Of a stretch of 64,000 nt of DNA, positions 1 to 10,141 are shown piece after piece; position 1 is the stretch's first letter, and every line of letters begins with the position of its first letter. A program made the translations under genes and the position numbers. Origin of the DNA: Pirellulales bacterium (GTDB taxonomy: Bacteria > Planctomycetota > Planctomycetia > Pirellulales > PALSA-1355); contig CAVTBU010000006.1 in the NCBI GenBank assembly GCA_963733035.1, forward strand, positions 544,001 to 608,000. Reading direction: 5' to 3'. The notes under the pieces were generated by a model. The model saw nothing but the letters and a program-made list of their open reading frames with translations. It was not told the origin of the DNA and did no database searches.

Positions 1-129
1 CTTGCACCATACTATCGGCCGGTCCGCGAATTTGACGATCCACAAACGTATCGCCATCCCAAGAAGGTGGTTGTTTATCGGGCCAAGGACGCGACGATTC
101 GAAACGCCGCACGGCCGGCCAGGCCGTAG
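1..129 (+). CDS. 3' end of a gene starting before the window (product unknown)
   Basis: Frame 1 is open from base 1 (LAPYYRPVREFDDPQTYRHPKKVVVYRAKD...) to TAG at 127-129; protein-like composition. Confidence 0.5.
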   Translation, partial: LAPYYRPVREFDDPQTYRHPKKVVVYRAKDATIRNAARPARP

Positions 130-256
130 AAGCGGTCGAGCGGCAACGTTCGTTCCCCGTTATCCGCCGGTTGGACAACGCGAAAGTTGTGTGTTGTAAT
201 GGGGATCAAGCACGCGTCTTCGCCTCAACGGTCCCGCCGGATTCCTCGCCGATCCT

Positions 257-3200
257 ATGCGACGCTATCTTTTCTTGCTGCTCGTGTGTGGCGCGTGTCT
301 GATTGTTTCGGACAGGACGCCGGCTAGCGACTTGCCGCCGGTAGACTACGACCGTCAGGTCCGGCATATTCTCTCAAACCATTGCTATGCCTGTCACGGA
401 CCGGATCAGGCACAATTGCAAGCCGGCCTGCGGTTGGACAAGCGTGAGCGTGCGCAGGCGGAGCTTGAGACCGGCGGACATGCCGTCATACCGGGCAATA
501 GCGCGGCCAGTAAGCTCATTGCGAGAATTACTAGCGACGATCTGGATGAGGTAATGCCGCCGGCCGATGCTGGCAAGCCGCTCTCGCCAGAGCAGATCGA
601 GATCCTTCGTCGCTGGATCGATGAGGGAGCCGAGTGGGAAGAACATTGGTCGTATCGCCCGATTAGCCGCGCGGTGCCGCCAGAGGTGTCAAACACGGCG
701 TGGCCGCGCACGCCGATCGACAATTTTGTGCTGCGTCGACTGGAAGCGGAAGGGCTCGTTCCGGAGCCCGTGGCGGATCGCTCGACGTTAGTTCGCCGCC
801 TAAGTCTTGATTTGACCGGCCTGCCGCCAAGCATCGAGGAAGTAGATGCATTCGTCGCGGACAACGATCCGGACGCCTACGAGCGGCTGGTCGATCGTCT
901 GCTCTCCTCACCGCGATACGGCGAGCGGATGGCGCAAAAGTGGCTCGATCTGGCCCGCTACGCAGACACCAACGGTTACCACATCGACAACCATCGCGAC
1001 ATCTGGCTGTATCGCGATTGGGTGATTGAGGCATTCAATCGCAATTTGCCCTTTGATCAGTTCACGATTGAACAGTTGGCCGGCGACTTACTACCAAACC
1101 CAACCACGCAGCAGCGGATCGCAACGGGTTTCCATCGCAACACGATGGTGAACTTCGAAGGAGGGGCCGATCCGGCCGAGTATCTGTCGAAGTACATCGT
1201 CGACCGCGTCACGACCACTGCCACGGTATTTCTCGGCACGACGCTGGCCTGCACCGAGTGCCACGACCATAAGTACGATCCGTTCACACAGCGCGAGTTT
1301 TATCAGCTTTATGCCTACTTCAACAACGTGCCGGAGAAGGGACTCGACGGCAATAAGTCGAACCCCGTACCGAGCATTCGCGTCCCGCTGGAGTCGCAGA
1401 CCGAGCGACTGGGGGAATTGGACGCCAAGCGAGCCGAGGTCGAGCGGCGTGTCAGCGCCGAGTTGGCTAAGTATCGTGATATCGAGGTGCCGCAGAAACC
1501 CGTCGCTCCAGCTGCCGAGGCCCACGAGTTCGTGTGGGTCGACGACGATCTTCCCGCCGGAGGCACTCCTTCCGGCAAGGGCAAAGACGGATGGCAGTTC
1601 GTGGAGTCGCCGCATCCGGTGCTGAACGGAAGTCGCGCCAGCCATCGCCAGGCCGACGGCTTAAGTCAACATTTCTTCACGGGTGCCGCCGAGCCGTTGT
1701 TGATCGGCGAGGGAGACAAGCTGATCGCGCATGTCTGGATCGACCCAGCGAATCTGCCACAGGAGATCATGCTACAGTTCAACGACGGTGGCGGCTGGGA
1801 ACACCGCGCGTACTGGGGCAATAACACCATCGATTGGGGAAAGGCCGATTCATCCAGCCGGCGGTCAATGGGCGTCCTTCCCACGGCCGGACGCTGGATA
1901 CGGTTGGAAGTGGATGCCGCCAAGGTCGGCTTGCCGGCCGGCAGCACGATTGATGGCTGGGCCTGCACGCAGTTCGGTGGAAATGTCTATTGGGACAAAC
2001 TGGGAATTCTTACGTGTATGCCTCAGGGCGCGAGCGTCAACGAAACCCAGGGTACATGGGAACTCGCTGAGCGTGGGCGAGCCAAATCGGCAGCGCCGGC
2101 CGCCGTGCAAACGGCATTAAAAGTAGCCGTCAAGGATCGCGACGACGAACAGCGCAACGCGGTCCGCGACTACTTCGTCCGGCATTTCTATAGCAAGGCA
2201 CGTGAGACGTTTGCACCTCTTGAGCGAGAGTTGGCCGAAATCGCCAAACAGCAGGCCGAAGTTCGCGACCAGTTTCCCGCCACGATGGTGATGGACGAGA
2301 TGTCCGAACCGCGCGAGACGTTCGTGCTGGTGCGGGGCGATTTCCGCACCTTTGGCGACAAAGTCGAACCAAGCGTGCCGACGGCGCTCTCGCCTCTTCC
2401 AACAGGCGCGCCGGCCAACCGGCTTGGCCTGGCACAGTGGTTGGTGGATCCCAATCATCCGCTCGTGGCGCGAGTCACCGTGAATCGCTACTGGCAACAG
2501 TACTTCGGCGGCGGGCTGGTGAAAACCAGTGAGGACTTCGGCTCGCAGGGGGAACTCCCCAGCCACCCCGAATTGCTCGATTGGCTTGCGGCCCGCTTCA
2601 TTGACAGCGGCTGGAATATCAAGCAGCTACAGAAAGTGATTGTGATGTCGGCGACGTACCGACAGTCTTCACGAATTTCACAGGAAAAACTTTCCCGCGA
2701 CCCGAACAACCTCTTGCTTGCTCGCGGCCCACGTTTTCGGATCGACGCGGAGATGATTCGTGACAGCGCATTGGCCGTCAGCGGGTTGCTTGACGATCGC
2801 ATTGGTGGCCCGAGCGTGGCGCCCTATCAGCCACCGGGGCTATGGGAACAGGTCGGTTTCGGCGGTGACTTTACGTCTCAGAGCTACACTCAGAGCCATG
2901 GTCGTGATTTGTATCGCCGCGGTATTTATGTCTATCTGAAGCGGGCTATGCCGTATCCGCCGCTGGTGACCTTCGATGCACCAAATCGCGAAGTTTGCAC
3001 CGACCAGCGCGCTCGGACGAACACGCCGCTGCAGGCGCTTGTGCTGCTCAACGATCCCGGCTTCGTGGAAGCGGCACGTGCCCTGGCACAACGCGTGATC
3101 ATCTCCGGTGGAAGTTCACCGACGGAGCGGCTCGACTTTGCATTTAAGCTTTGCACGGCTCGGAAGCCCGAGATTGCCGAAGCACAAGTACTGTTGGCGA

Positions 3201-3370
3201 TCTACGAAGCACAGCTAGCGCGCTTCAAGCAGGACCCGGAAGCGGCCAAGAAACTGACGCATGTTGGCGAGTCTGCCGTGCCCGCGGGGCTTGATCCGGC
3301 CGAATTGGCGGCCTGGACGGCCGTGGGCAATGTGCTGTTGAATCTCGATGAGACAATTACCAAGGGTTAG
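257..3370 (+). CDS. Planctomycete cytochrome c / DUF1549 / DUF1553 (PSCyt1-PSCyt2-PSD1) protein
   Basis: Signal peptide; CYACHG and CTECHDH heme motifs; WLDLARYADTNG, HPELLDWLA and RTNTPLQAL family motifs; adjacent DUF1501 gene. Confidence 0.92.
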   Translation: MRRYLFLLLVCGACLIVSDRTPASDLPPVDYDRQVRHILSNHCYACHGPDQAQLQAGLRLDKRERAQAELETGGHAVIPGNSAASKLIARITSDDLDEVMPPADAGKPLSPEQIEILRRWIDEGAEWEEHWSYRPISRAVPPEVSNTAWPRTPIDNFVLRRLEAEGLVPEPVADRSTLVRRLSLDLTGLPPSIEEVDAFVADNDPDAYERLVDRLLSSPRYGERMAQKWLDLARYADTNGYHIDNHRDIWLYRDWVIEAFNRNLPFDQFTIEQLAGDLLPNPTTQQRIATGFHRNTMVNFEGGADPAEYLSKYIVDRVTTTATVFLGTTLACTECHDHKYDPFTQREFYQLYAYFNNVPEKGLDGNKSNPVPSIRVPLESQTERLGELDAKRAEVERRVSAELAKYRDIEVPQKPVAPAAEAHEFVWVDDDLPAGGTPSGKGKDGWQFVESPHPVLNGSRASHRQADGLSQHFFTGAAEPLLIGEGDKLIAHVWIDPANLPQEIMLQFNDGGGWEHRAYWGNNTIDWGKADSSSRRSMGVLPTAGRWIRLEVDAAKVGLPAGSTIDGWACTQFGGNVYWDKLGILTCMPQGASVNETQGTWELAERGRAKSAAPAAVQTALKVAVKDRDDEQRNAVRDYFVRHFYSKARETFAPLERELAEIAKQQAEVRDQFPATMVMDEMSEPRETFVLVRGDFRTFGDKVEPSVPTALSPLPTGAPANRLGLAQWLVDPNHPLVARVTVNRYWQQYFGGGLVKTSEDFGSQGELPSHPELLDWLAARFIDSGWNIKQLQKVIVMSATYRQSSRISQEKLSRDPNNLLLARGPRFRIDAEMIRDSALAVSGLLDDRIGGPSVAPYQPPGLWEQVGFGGDFTSQSYTQSHGRDLYRRGIYVYLKRAMPYPPLVTFDAPNREVCTDQRARTNTPLQALVLLNDPGFVEAARALAQRVIISGGSSPTERLDFAFKLCTARKPEIAEAQVLLAIYEAQLARFKQDPEAAKKLTHVGESAVPAGLDPAELAAWTAVGNVLLNLDETITKG

Positions 3371-3373
3371 CCG

Positions 3374-4820
3374 ATGAACTCGCTAGACGACCTCAGTCGC
3401 GAAATCACACGTCGGACATTGCTCGGCAATTCGGCGCGAGGTTTCGGTGCGCTGGCCCTGGCTTCGCTGCTCAACGGCGGCCTGCGTGCGGACACGTCGG
3501 ATCCGAGCCTTACCTCGTACGGCGCGCTCGGCACACTGCACTTTGCACCTAAAGCCAAGCGAGTCATTTATTTGTTCATGTCCGGCGGACCATCGCACAT
3601 CGACCTGTTCGACGCCAAGCCCAAACTCAAAGAGCTGACCGGCGAGGAACTGCCCGACTCGGTACGAATGGGTCAGCGGATTACCGGCATGACCAGCGGC
3701 CAGGCAAAGCTGCTGATGGTAGGGCCGGCCTATCCCTTCAAGAAGTATGGTCAGTGCGGCACTGAGATCACGGAAGCCATGCCGCACATCGGCAGCATCG
3801 CCGATGACATCTGCCTCGTTCGATCGTTGCATACAGATCCGATTAACCACGATCCGGCGGTCACCTACCTGCTCACCGGAAATCAACAGCCCGGCCGGCC
3901 GACGATCGGTTCCTGGGCTGCTTATGGCTTGGGGAGTGTAAACAAAAACCTGCCCGAATACGTCGTGCTACTTTCCGGCGGCGGGGGGCAGCCACTACTG
4001 GCGCTATTGGGGAAATGGCTTCTTGCCGAGCCAATATCAGGGCGTGCAATTTCGTTCGACCGGTGATCCCGTGCTGTACGTTTCCAATCCGGAGGGAATC
4101 GATCCCGCGACCCGGCGCCAGTTGCTCGACGGCGTGGAAAAACTCAACCGCATGCAACTCGAGGCGGTCGGCGATCCAGAAATTGCCACGCGAATCGACG
4201 CCTATGAAATGGCGTACCGCATGCAGACCAGCGTGCCCGAACTGATGGACATTTCCCAAGAGCCGCAGCAAGTCCTCGACATGTACGGCGCCGAGCCCGG
4301 CAAAGCGTCGTTTGCCAACAACTGCTTGCTGGCCCGACGACTCGCGGAGCGCGACGTGCGGTTCGTTCAGCTCTATCATCGTGACTGGGACCATCACGGC
4401 AGCCTGCCGAGTGAACTGAAGCGTCAATGCGGCCTGTGCGATCAGGCATCGGCCGCATTGGTGAAGGACCTCAAGCAGCGCGGCTTGTTGGACGAAACGC
4501 TAGTGATTTGGGGGGGTGAGTTCGGCCGCACGGCCTACAGCCAGGGAGCGATTAGCGAAAAGAGCTTTGGCCGCGATCATCATCCGCGTTGCTTCAGCAT
4601 TTGGATGGCCGGTGGGGGCATCAAGCCGGGGACGACGTTCGGCAAGACCGACGACTTTGGCTACAACGTCATCGAAAACGGCGTCCACGCCCACGACCTT
4701 CAAGCTACGGTCCTGCATCTGCTGGGCGTCGACCATAGGCGACTGACCTACCGGTACCAAGGCCGCGACTTCCGATTGACCGACGTTGCCGGAAAGGTAG
4801 TGCAGCCGATCCTGGCGTAG
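3374..4820 (+). CDS. DUF1501 family protein, split by an apparent frameshift near 4002
   Basis: Tat-like [46 protein letters not shown]. ORFs 3374..4066 and 4023..4820 join if one GC is added at GCGC 4001-4004 ([19 protein letters not shown]). Confidence 0.85.
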
Positions 4821-4906
4821 CACGATACGCGGCATACCTGTTTTCTCGTGCCTGTGGGATATTCTTCTCGTCCCAAATCCCGGCAAAGCCCCGGGACGGA
4901 ATGGGT

Positions 4907-4915
4907 TGTTATACT
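4907..4915 (+). promoter_or_regulatory. Putative extended -10 promoter (TGnTATACT) of the ECF sigma gene, likely near-leaderless
   Basis: TGTTATACT ends 8 nt before ATG 4924; no Shine-Dalgarno. Confidence 0.45.
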
Positions 4916-4923
4916 GCTCGTAT

Positions 4924-5559
4924 ATGTGGCCCGACTCTTCTGAAACACAGGTCTTACTCAGCGCTGCGCGCGACGGCGACGCAGACGCGCGCAATCAATT
5001 GCTTGAGCGTCATCGCGAGGCGCTACGGCGGATGGTGGGGTTGCGCATGGATCGGGCGCTGTTGCGGCGGGTCGATGCCAGCGACATCGTGCAGGACGTG
5101 CTTGTTGAGGCAAATCGACGGCTAGCCGAATACCTCGAGTCGGCCGGAATGCCGTTTCAGCTGTGGTTGCGGCATCTGGCCCGTGATCGCATGATCAACG
5201 CGCATCGGCGGCACCATGCGGCCCGGCGGAGCGTCGACCGCGAGCAACCGTTGGAAGCGGCGCCGCATAACGATCAATCGGCATTTGATCTGGCGGCGCT
5301 CGTGCGCGATCGCGAGTTGACGCCGGCGGCTGCGGCTACGCATCACGAACTGGAGCGGCGGTTTCAAGCGGCCATCGAAACGCTCGATGACGCCGATCGC
5401 GAGGTGGTGCTGATGCGGCACTTCGAGCAGCTCTCCAACAAGGACGTTGCGCAGACCTTGGAAATCAGTGAATCGGCCGCCGGCATGCGCTATCTACGGG
5501 CGATGCGGCGCTTGCGGGCCATGTTGCAAGAGCCTCCTTCGCAAGCGAGCGAGTCGTGA
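4924..5559 (+). CDS. ECF (sigma-70 family) RNA polymerase sigma factor, planctomycete kinase-associated type
   Basis: Region 2 RRVDASDIVQD...FQLWLR; region 4 DREVVLMRHFEQLSNKDVAQTLEIS; overlaps the kinase start (GTGA). Confidence 0.9.
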   Translation: MWPDSSETQVLLSAARDGDADARNQLLERHREALRRMVGLRMDRALLRRVDASDIVQDVLVEANRRLAEYLESAGMPFQLWLRHLARDRMINAHRRHHAARRSVDREQPLEAAPHNDQSAFDLAALVRDRELTPAAAATHHELERRFQAAIETLDDADREVVLMRHFEQLSNKDVAQTLEISESAAGMRYLRAMRRLRAMLQEPPSQASES

Positions 5560-7262
5560 ACCCTGATCCAGTCCAGCACGCCGACGAACAGTTGTTGGCC
5601 GAACTGGCAGCTCGGCTGGCCGATGAGATGCAGCGGGGCCAGTTGCCCAATGTGGATGCAGTAATATCGGAGCATCCGCAATTGGCCGAGGAGCTGCGGG
5701 GACTATGGGCCACGATGCTCGTGGCGGATTGCGTCGCCGCTGGTGCAAACAGTTCGTCGCAGCGCGGGAGCAAGAATGGCTCCGGTGCGCCAACTCACGG
5801 GCATCCATTGCCATTCTACGACGCGACGTCGTCACCGAGCACTGGCGACGCATTGGGTGACTATGAGCTGATCGACGAGCTCGGACGTGGCGGCATGGGC
5901 GTGGTCTACCGGGCGCGCCAAAGGAGCCTGGGACGTACCGTGGCATTGAAAATGATCTTGCGCGGGGCGATGCCGTCGCCGGCCGACTTGGCACGCTTTC
6001 GTACTGAAGCGGAAAGCGCCGCGCGGCTGGACCATCCGGCAATCGTGCCGATCTACGAAATCGGTCAGCACGACGGTCAGCCGTTCTTCACGATGAAATA
6101 CGTGGCCGGCACGACACTCGCCAAGCGGCTGGCCGAAGGACCGATGCATCCACGTGAAGCAGCCGAACTGCTCGCGCCCATTTGTCGCGCGATTCATTTT
6201 GCTCACGAACGTGGCGTGCTGCATCGCGACCTCAAGCCTTCGAACATTTTGATCGACGAAGAAGGTCGGCCGCATGTGTCGGACTTCGGACTGGCCAAGC
6301 GCGTGGAAACCGATGCCGAGCTCACTCTCTCGGGCGCCGTGCTGGGAACGCCGTCGTACATGGCCCCGGAGCAGGCGGCCGGCAAACGCGGCAAAATCGG
6401 TCGCGAGAGCGACGTCTACAGCCTGGGCACGATCCTCTACCAGATGCTTACCGGCCGTCCGCCGTTTCAAGCCGCCACGCCAGTCGAAACCGTGATGATG
6501 GTCGTCGAACAGGAACCGTTGCCGCCACGGTTGCTCAATCCGCGGGCCGATCGCGAACTGGAGATGATCGCGCTGAAGTGTTTGCAAAAGCCGCCCGAGT
6601 TGCGCTACGGCACGGCCGCGGAATTGGCCGACGATCTCGACGCCTATCTGGCCGACGAACCAACAGTCGCCCGCAGTGGACAATTCATGCAAGTTGTGGC
6701 CCGAGCGTTCCGCGAAACGCATCATGCCACGGTGCTGGAGAACTGGGGGCTGCTGTGGATGTGGCACAGCCTGGCGCTGTTTATCACGGCATTCCTAACG
6801 AACGTCTTGCAGTGGGTCGGCGCGACCTCACCGCTACCGTACCTGGCTCTGTGGACCGTCGGACTGGGGACTTGGGCGGCCATCTTTTGGAGCCTGCGAC
6901 GTCGTAGCGGGCCGGTGACATTTGTTGAACGACAGATCGCGCACCTGTGGGCTGCGAGCATGGTGTCGATTGCATTGTTATTTGTCGTGGAATTGATTCT
7001 CGGCTTGCCGGTGCTGACGCTCTCGCCTGTGTTGGCGTTGACCAGTGGAATGATTTTTCTGGTCAAAGCCGGTATGCTCACCGGGCAGTTCTATTTGCAA
7101 GCGGTGGCGTTGTTTGCCACGGCGATCGTCATGGCCGCACTGCAGCGAGCGAACATCCCGATTGCCATTACACTCTTCGGCGTCGTCTCCGCGGGATGTT
7201 TCTTCTTTCCAGGCCTGAAGTACTACCGGCAACAGCGGGCCGCCGAGAGCACGGACTCCTAA
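5556..7262 (+). CDS. Hanks-type Ser/Thr protein kinase with C-terminal multi-pass membrane domain
   Basis: LGRGGMGVVY, VALK, HRDLKPSNIL, DFGLAK, GTPSYMAPEQ; about 5-6 hydrophobic helices at the C-terminus. Confidence 0.93.
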   Translation: MNPDPVQHADEQLLAELAARLADEMQRGQLPNVDAVISEHPQLAEELRGLWATMLVADCVAAGANSSSQRGSKNGSGAPTHGHPLPFYDATSSPSTGDALGDYELIDELGRGGMGVVYRARQRSLGRTVALKMILRGAMPSPADLARFRTEAESAARLDHPAIVPIYEIGQHDGQPFFTMKYVAGTTLAKRLAEGPMHPREAAELLAPICRAIHFAHERGVLHRDLKPSNILIDEEGRPHVSDFGLAKRVETDAELTLSGAVLGTPSYMAPEQAAGKRGKIGRESDVYSLGTILYQMLTGRPPFQAATPVETVMMVVEQEPLPPRLLNPRADRELEMIALKCLQKPPELRYGTAAELADDLDAYLADEPTVARSGQFMQVVARAFRETHHATVLENWGLLWMWHSLALFITAFLTNVLQWVGATSPLPYLALWTVGLGTWAAIFWSLRRRSGPVTFVERQIAHLWAASMVSIALLFVVELILGLPVLTLSPVLALTSGMIFLVKAGMLTGQFYLQAVALFATAIVMAALQRANIPIAITLFGVVSAGCFFFPGLKYYRQQRAAESTDS

Positions 7263-7449
7263 CCGATCGACGAAGAAGACCCTGACGATTGTGCGGATCT
7301 TGCCCGACGTTTTGCGGCAAAAGCAATTCGACTTGAACATGGCGTGTCGTTGCCGAACTGGCACAAATCGGCGAACTGTGATATGATCAGGCAGTTCGCC
7401 CCGCCCCGATTTTCCCCGCCGTTTCAACTGCCGTTGGAGCCTCTCGCCT

Positions 7450-8784
7450 ATGTTGTCCATCCTCGGCAAACCCACTCAAGGAAGATTTTGCGATCGCGTT
7501 TCCCGTCGCGGGTTTCTCAAAATTGGCGGTTTGGCAGTCGGCGGGCTGTCGCTGGTGGACGTACTGCGGGCTGAAGCCGCCACGGGCAATCGCACAAACA
7601 AATCGGTGATCATGATCTTCCTGCCCGGCGGACCGCCCCACCAGGACATGTACGATCTGAAGCCGGACGCGCCGACCGAGATTCGGGGCGAATTCAAACC
7701 GATCGATACCAATGTGCCTGGCATTCAGGTTTGTGAACTGCTACCGAAAATGGCCGGCATGATGGACAAGCTAGTTCCAATTCGCACGATCGTCGGTTGC
7801 ACAGGGAGCCATTATTCGTTTCAGTGCATGACCGGTCGCCGCCATCAACAGCAGCCTCCCGGCGGTTGGCCCGAGTTCGGTTCGGTGGTCGCGAAGGTGA
7901 AGGGGCCGACGTCGCCGGCCGTGCCGCCATACGTTGGTCTTTCACCGCGGATGCAGCACCGTCCGTACAATTCGGGTTATCCGGGTTTTTTGGGAGCGGC
8001 TTATACGCCGTTTCAACCCAACGGCGATGGCAAGGACGACATGCTATTGCAAGGTATTTCGCTCGACCGGCTCGACGACCGCAAGGGGCTGGTCCAGGCG
8101 CTTGACAACTTCAACCGGCGCACTGATGCCAGCGGCATGATGTCCGGTATGGATGCGTTCCAGCAGCAGGCATTCGGCGTACTCACCTCCAGCAAGCTCG
8201 CTGAAGCGTTGGATCTGCAGCGAGAGCCCAAGCCGCTCCGCGATCGCTATGGCTATGGCACCGAAAAACATCAAGGCGACGGTGCCCCGCGGTTGATGCA
8301 GCAGTTCCTGGCGGCCCGACGGCTGGTGGAAGCTGGCGTGCGTGTCGTGACGCTGAGTTACAGCTTTTGGGACTATCACGGCTCGAACTTCAGGCTGGCT
8401 CGTGAGAACCTGCCGCAGCTTGATCAAGGCGTGTCGGCTCTGGTTGAAGATTTGCACCAGCGGGGATTGGATAAGGACGTGACCGTGGTAGTGTGGGGCG
8501 AATTCGGCCGCACGCCGAAGATCAACGCCCAGGCCGGTCGTGACCACTGGCCCAACGTGTCATGTGCCTTGCTGGCCTGTGGCGGATTGCGTACTGGTCA
8601 GGTCATCGGCACAACCGACCGCCATGCCGGCGAAGCTGTTGATCGCCCCGTGCGGTTCGAGGAAGTACACGCCACGCTCTACAACCGCTTGGGGATTGAC
8701 CCATTGGCCACGACCGTTGTCGACCTTTCCGGCCGACCTCAGTATCTGTCCGACCACCACCAACCGCTTAGTGAACTCATCTGA
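7450..8784 (+). CDS. DUF1501 family protein
   Basis: Tat motif [41 protein letters not shown]. Confidence 0.9.
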   Translation: MLSILGKPTQGRFCDRVSRRGFLKIGGLAVGGLSLVDVLRAEAATGNRTNKSVIMIFLPGGPPHQDMYDLKPDAPTEIRGEFKPIDTNVPGIQVCELLPKMAGMMDKLVPIRTIVGCTGSHYSFQCMTGRRHQQQPPGGWPEFGSVVAKVKGPTSPAVPPYVGLSPRMQHRPYNSGYPGFLGAAYTPFQPNGDGKDDMLLQGISLDRLDDRKGLVQALDNFNRRTDASGMMSGMDAFQQQAFGVLTSSKLAEALDLQREPKPLRDRYGYGTEKHQGDGAPRLMQQFLAARRLVEAGVRVVTLSYSFWDYHGSNFRLARENLPQLDQGVSALVEDLHQRGLDKDVTVVVWGEFGRTPKINAQAGRDHWPNVSCALLACGGLRTGQVIGTTDRHAGEAVDRPVRFEEVHATLYNRLGIDPLATTVVDLSGRPQYLSDHHQPLSELI

Positions 8785-8815
8785 GGGAAAGCGGATCTGA
8801 ACGAAAGGCCTTGAT

Positions 8816-10081
8816 TCAGAGGTCTTCGGAGATTCGTAGCAGCCGGTTGTATTTAGCTAGCCGCTCGCCGCGAACGATCGAGCCAATCTTGATTAGTTCG
8901 GCTGCAGTGGCCACGGCCAGATCGGCGATTGTGGTGTCTTCCGTTTCACCGCTACGCGCCGATACGATGTAGCTGTAGCCCGCCTGCCGGGCGACATGGA
9001 TGGCCTCGAGCGTTTCAGAGAGCGTGCCGATCTGATTCAGCTTGATCAAAATGCCATTGGCCGCACCTTTTTGGATTCCCACCTTGAGTCGCTCAATATT
9101 CGTGGCGAACAGGTCGTCGCCAACCAGCCGGGCTCGCTTGCCCAGTTGCTGCGTGAGCCGCTGCCAGCCGGCCCAATCATCCTCGGCGAGCGGATCTTCG
9201 ATGCTTTTGACGGGATACTGCTCGACGAGCCGAGCCATCACGGCGATCATCTCGTCGCTGGTGAGCTTTTCTTCGCCGGTGGCGATCATACGGTAGCAGC
9301 GGCCGTCGTAGAAGTGCGTGCTGGCCACATCCAGGGCAATCGTGACGTCGCGACCGGGGCGTAGGCCGGCGGCTTCAATGGCCCGAATCAAGAACTCGAC
9401 TGCCTCGACATTGCTTTTCAGCCGCGGACCATAGCCTCCTTCATCCCCCACCAAACGTCCCTCGTAGCCGGAGACAGACAACAGTGTGCCGAGACGACGG
9501 TAAACGCGGACGATCCATTCGAGAGACTCAGCCAGGCTCTCCGAACCGACTGGTTTGATCAAAAAGTCCTGGAAGTCAAGATTGTCTCCGGCGTGCAAGC
9601 CGCCGGAAATCATGTTGACCATGGGCACGGGCATCCGCGGTGGCGGGGCAGCCGAGTCGAACTGCTTGAACAAATCGTGCAAGTGGCGGTAGAGCGGCAT
9701 CCGCCGGGCGGCCGCCGCGGCATGGGCAGTTGCCAACGAGACCGCCAGTATCGCATTGCCGCCCAGGCTGCGCTTGTCGCTCGATCCATCGAGGTCGATA
9801 AGCCGCGAGTCAACGCCGCGCTGATCGAGAGTCTCGTAGCCACTCACCGCGGGAGCAATCTTTTCGACGACGTTAACCACCGCTTGGCGCACTCCACGAC
9901 CATCGTAGCGCGACGCGGCGGTGTCACGTAGTTCGAAGGCTTCGGCCGAGCCAGTACTTGCTCCGGAGGGAGCAATGGCTCGGCCCCACGCACCACTCGA
10001 GGTATGAATTTCCGCTTCAACCGTCGGGTTGCCCCGGCTGTCAAGTACTTCGCGTGCCAGGACATTGGTAATCGTCGACAA
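8816..10081 (-). CDS. eno: Enolase-family protein, divergent active site
   Basis: DSRGNPTVE, PSGASTG, GDEGG, SIEDP, LVGDD, IKLNQIGT and ERLAKYN present; SARSGETED and FQDF replace SHRSGETED and xQEF; TTG start with GGAG SD. Confidence 0.88.
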   Translation of the reverse strand: MSTITNVLAREVLDSRGNPTVEAEIHTSSGAWGRAIAPSGASTGSAEAFELRDTAASRYDGRGVRQAVVNVVEKIAPAVSGYETLDQRGVDSRLIDLDGSSDKRSLGGNAILAVSLATAHAAAAARRMPLYRHLHDLFKQFDSAAPPPRMPVPMVNMISGGLHAGDNLDFQDFLIKPVGSESLAESLEWIVRVYRRLGTLLSVSGYEGRLVGDEGGYGPRLKSNVEAVEFLIRAIEAAGLRPGRDVTIALDVASTHFYDGRCYRMIATGEEKLTSDEMIAVMARLVEQYPVKSIEDPLAEDDWAGWQRLTQQLGKRARLVGDDLFATNIERLKVGIQKGAANGILIKLNQIGTLSETLEAIHVARQAGYSYIVSARSGETEDTTIADLAVATAAELIKIGSIVRGERLAKYNRLLRISEDL

Positions 10082-10141
10082 CTGAAATCACTCCGCTGGT
10101 CTTAGGGGTGGCGAAGTACAAAGGTCACTTTGTGCGGTGCT

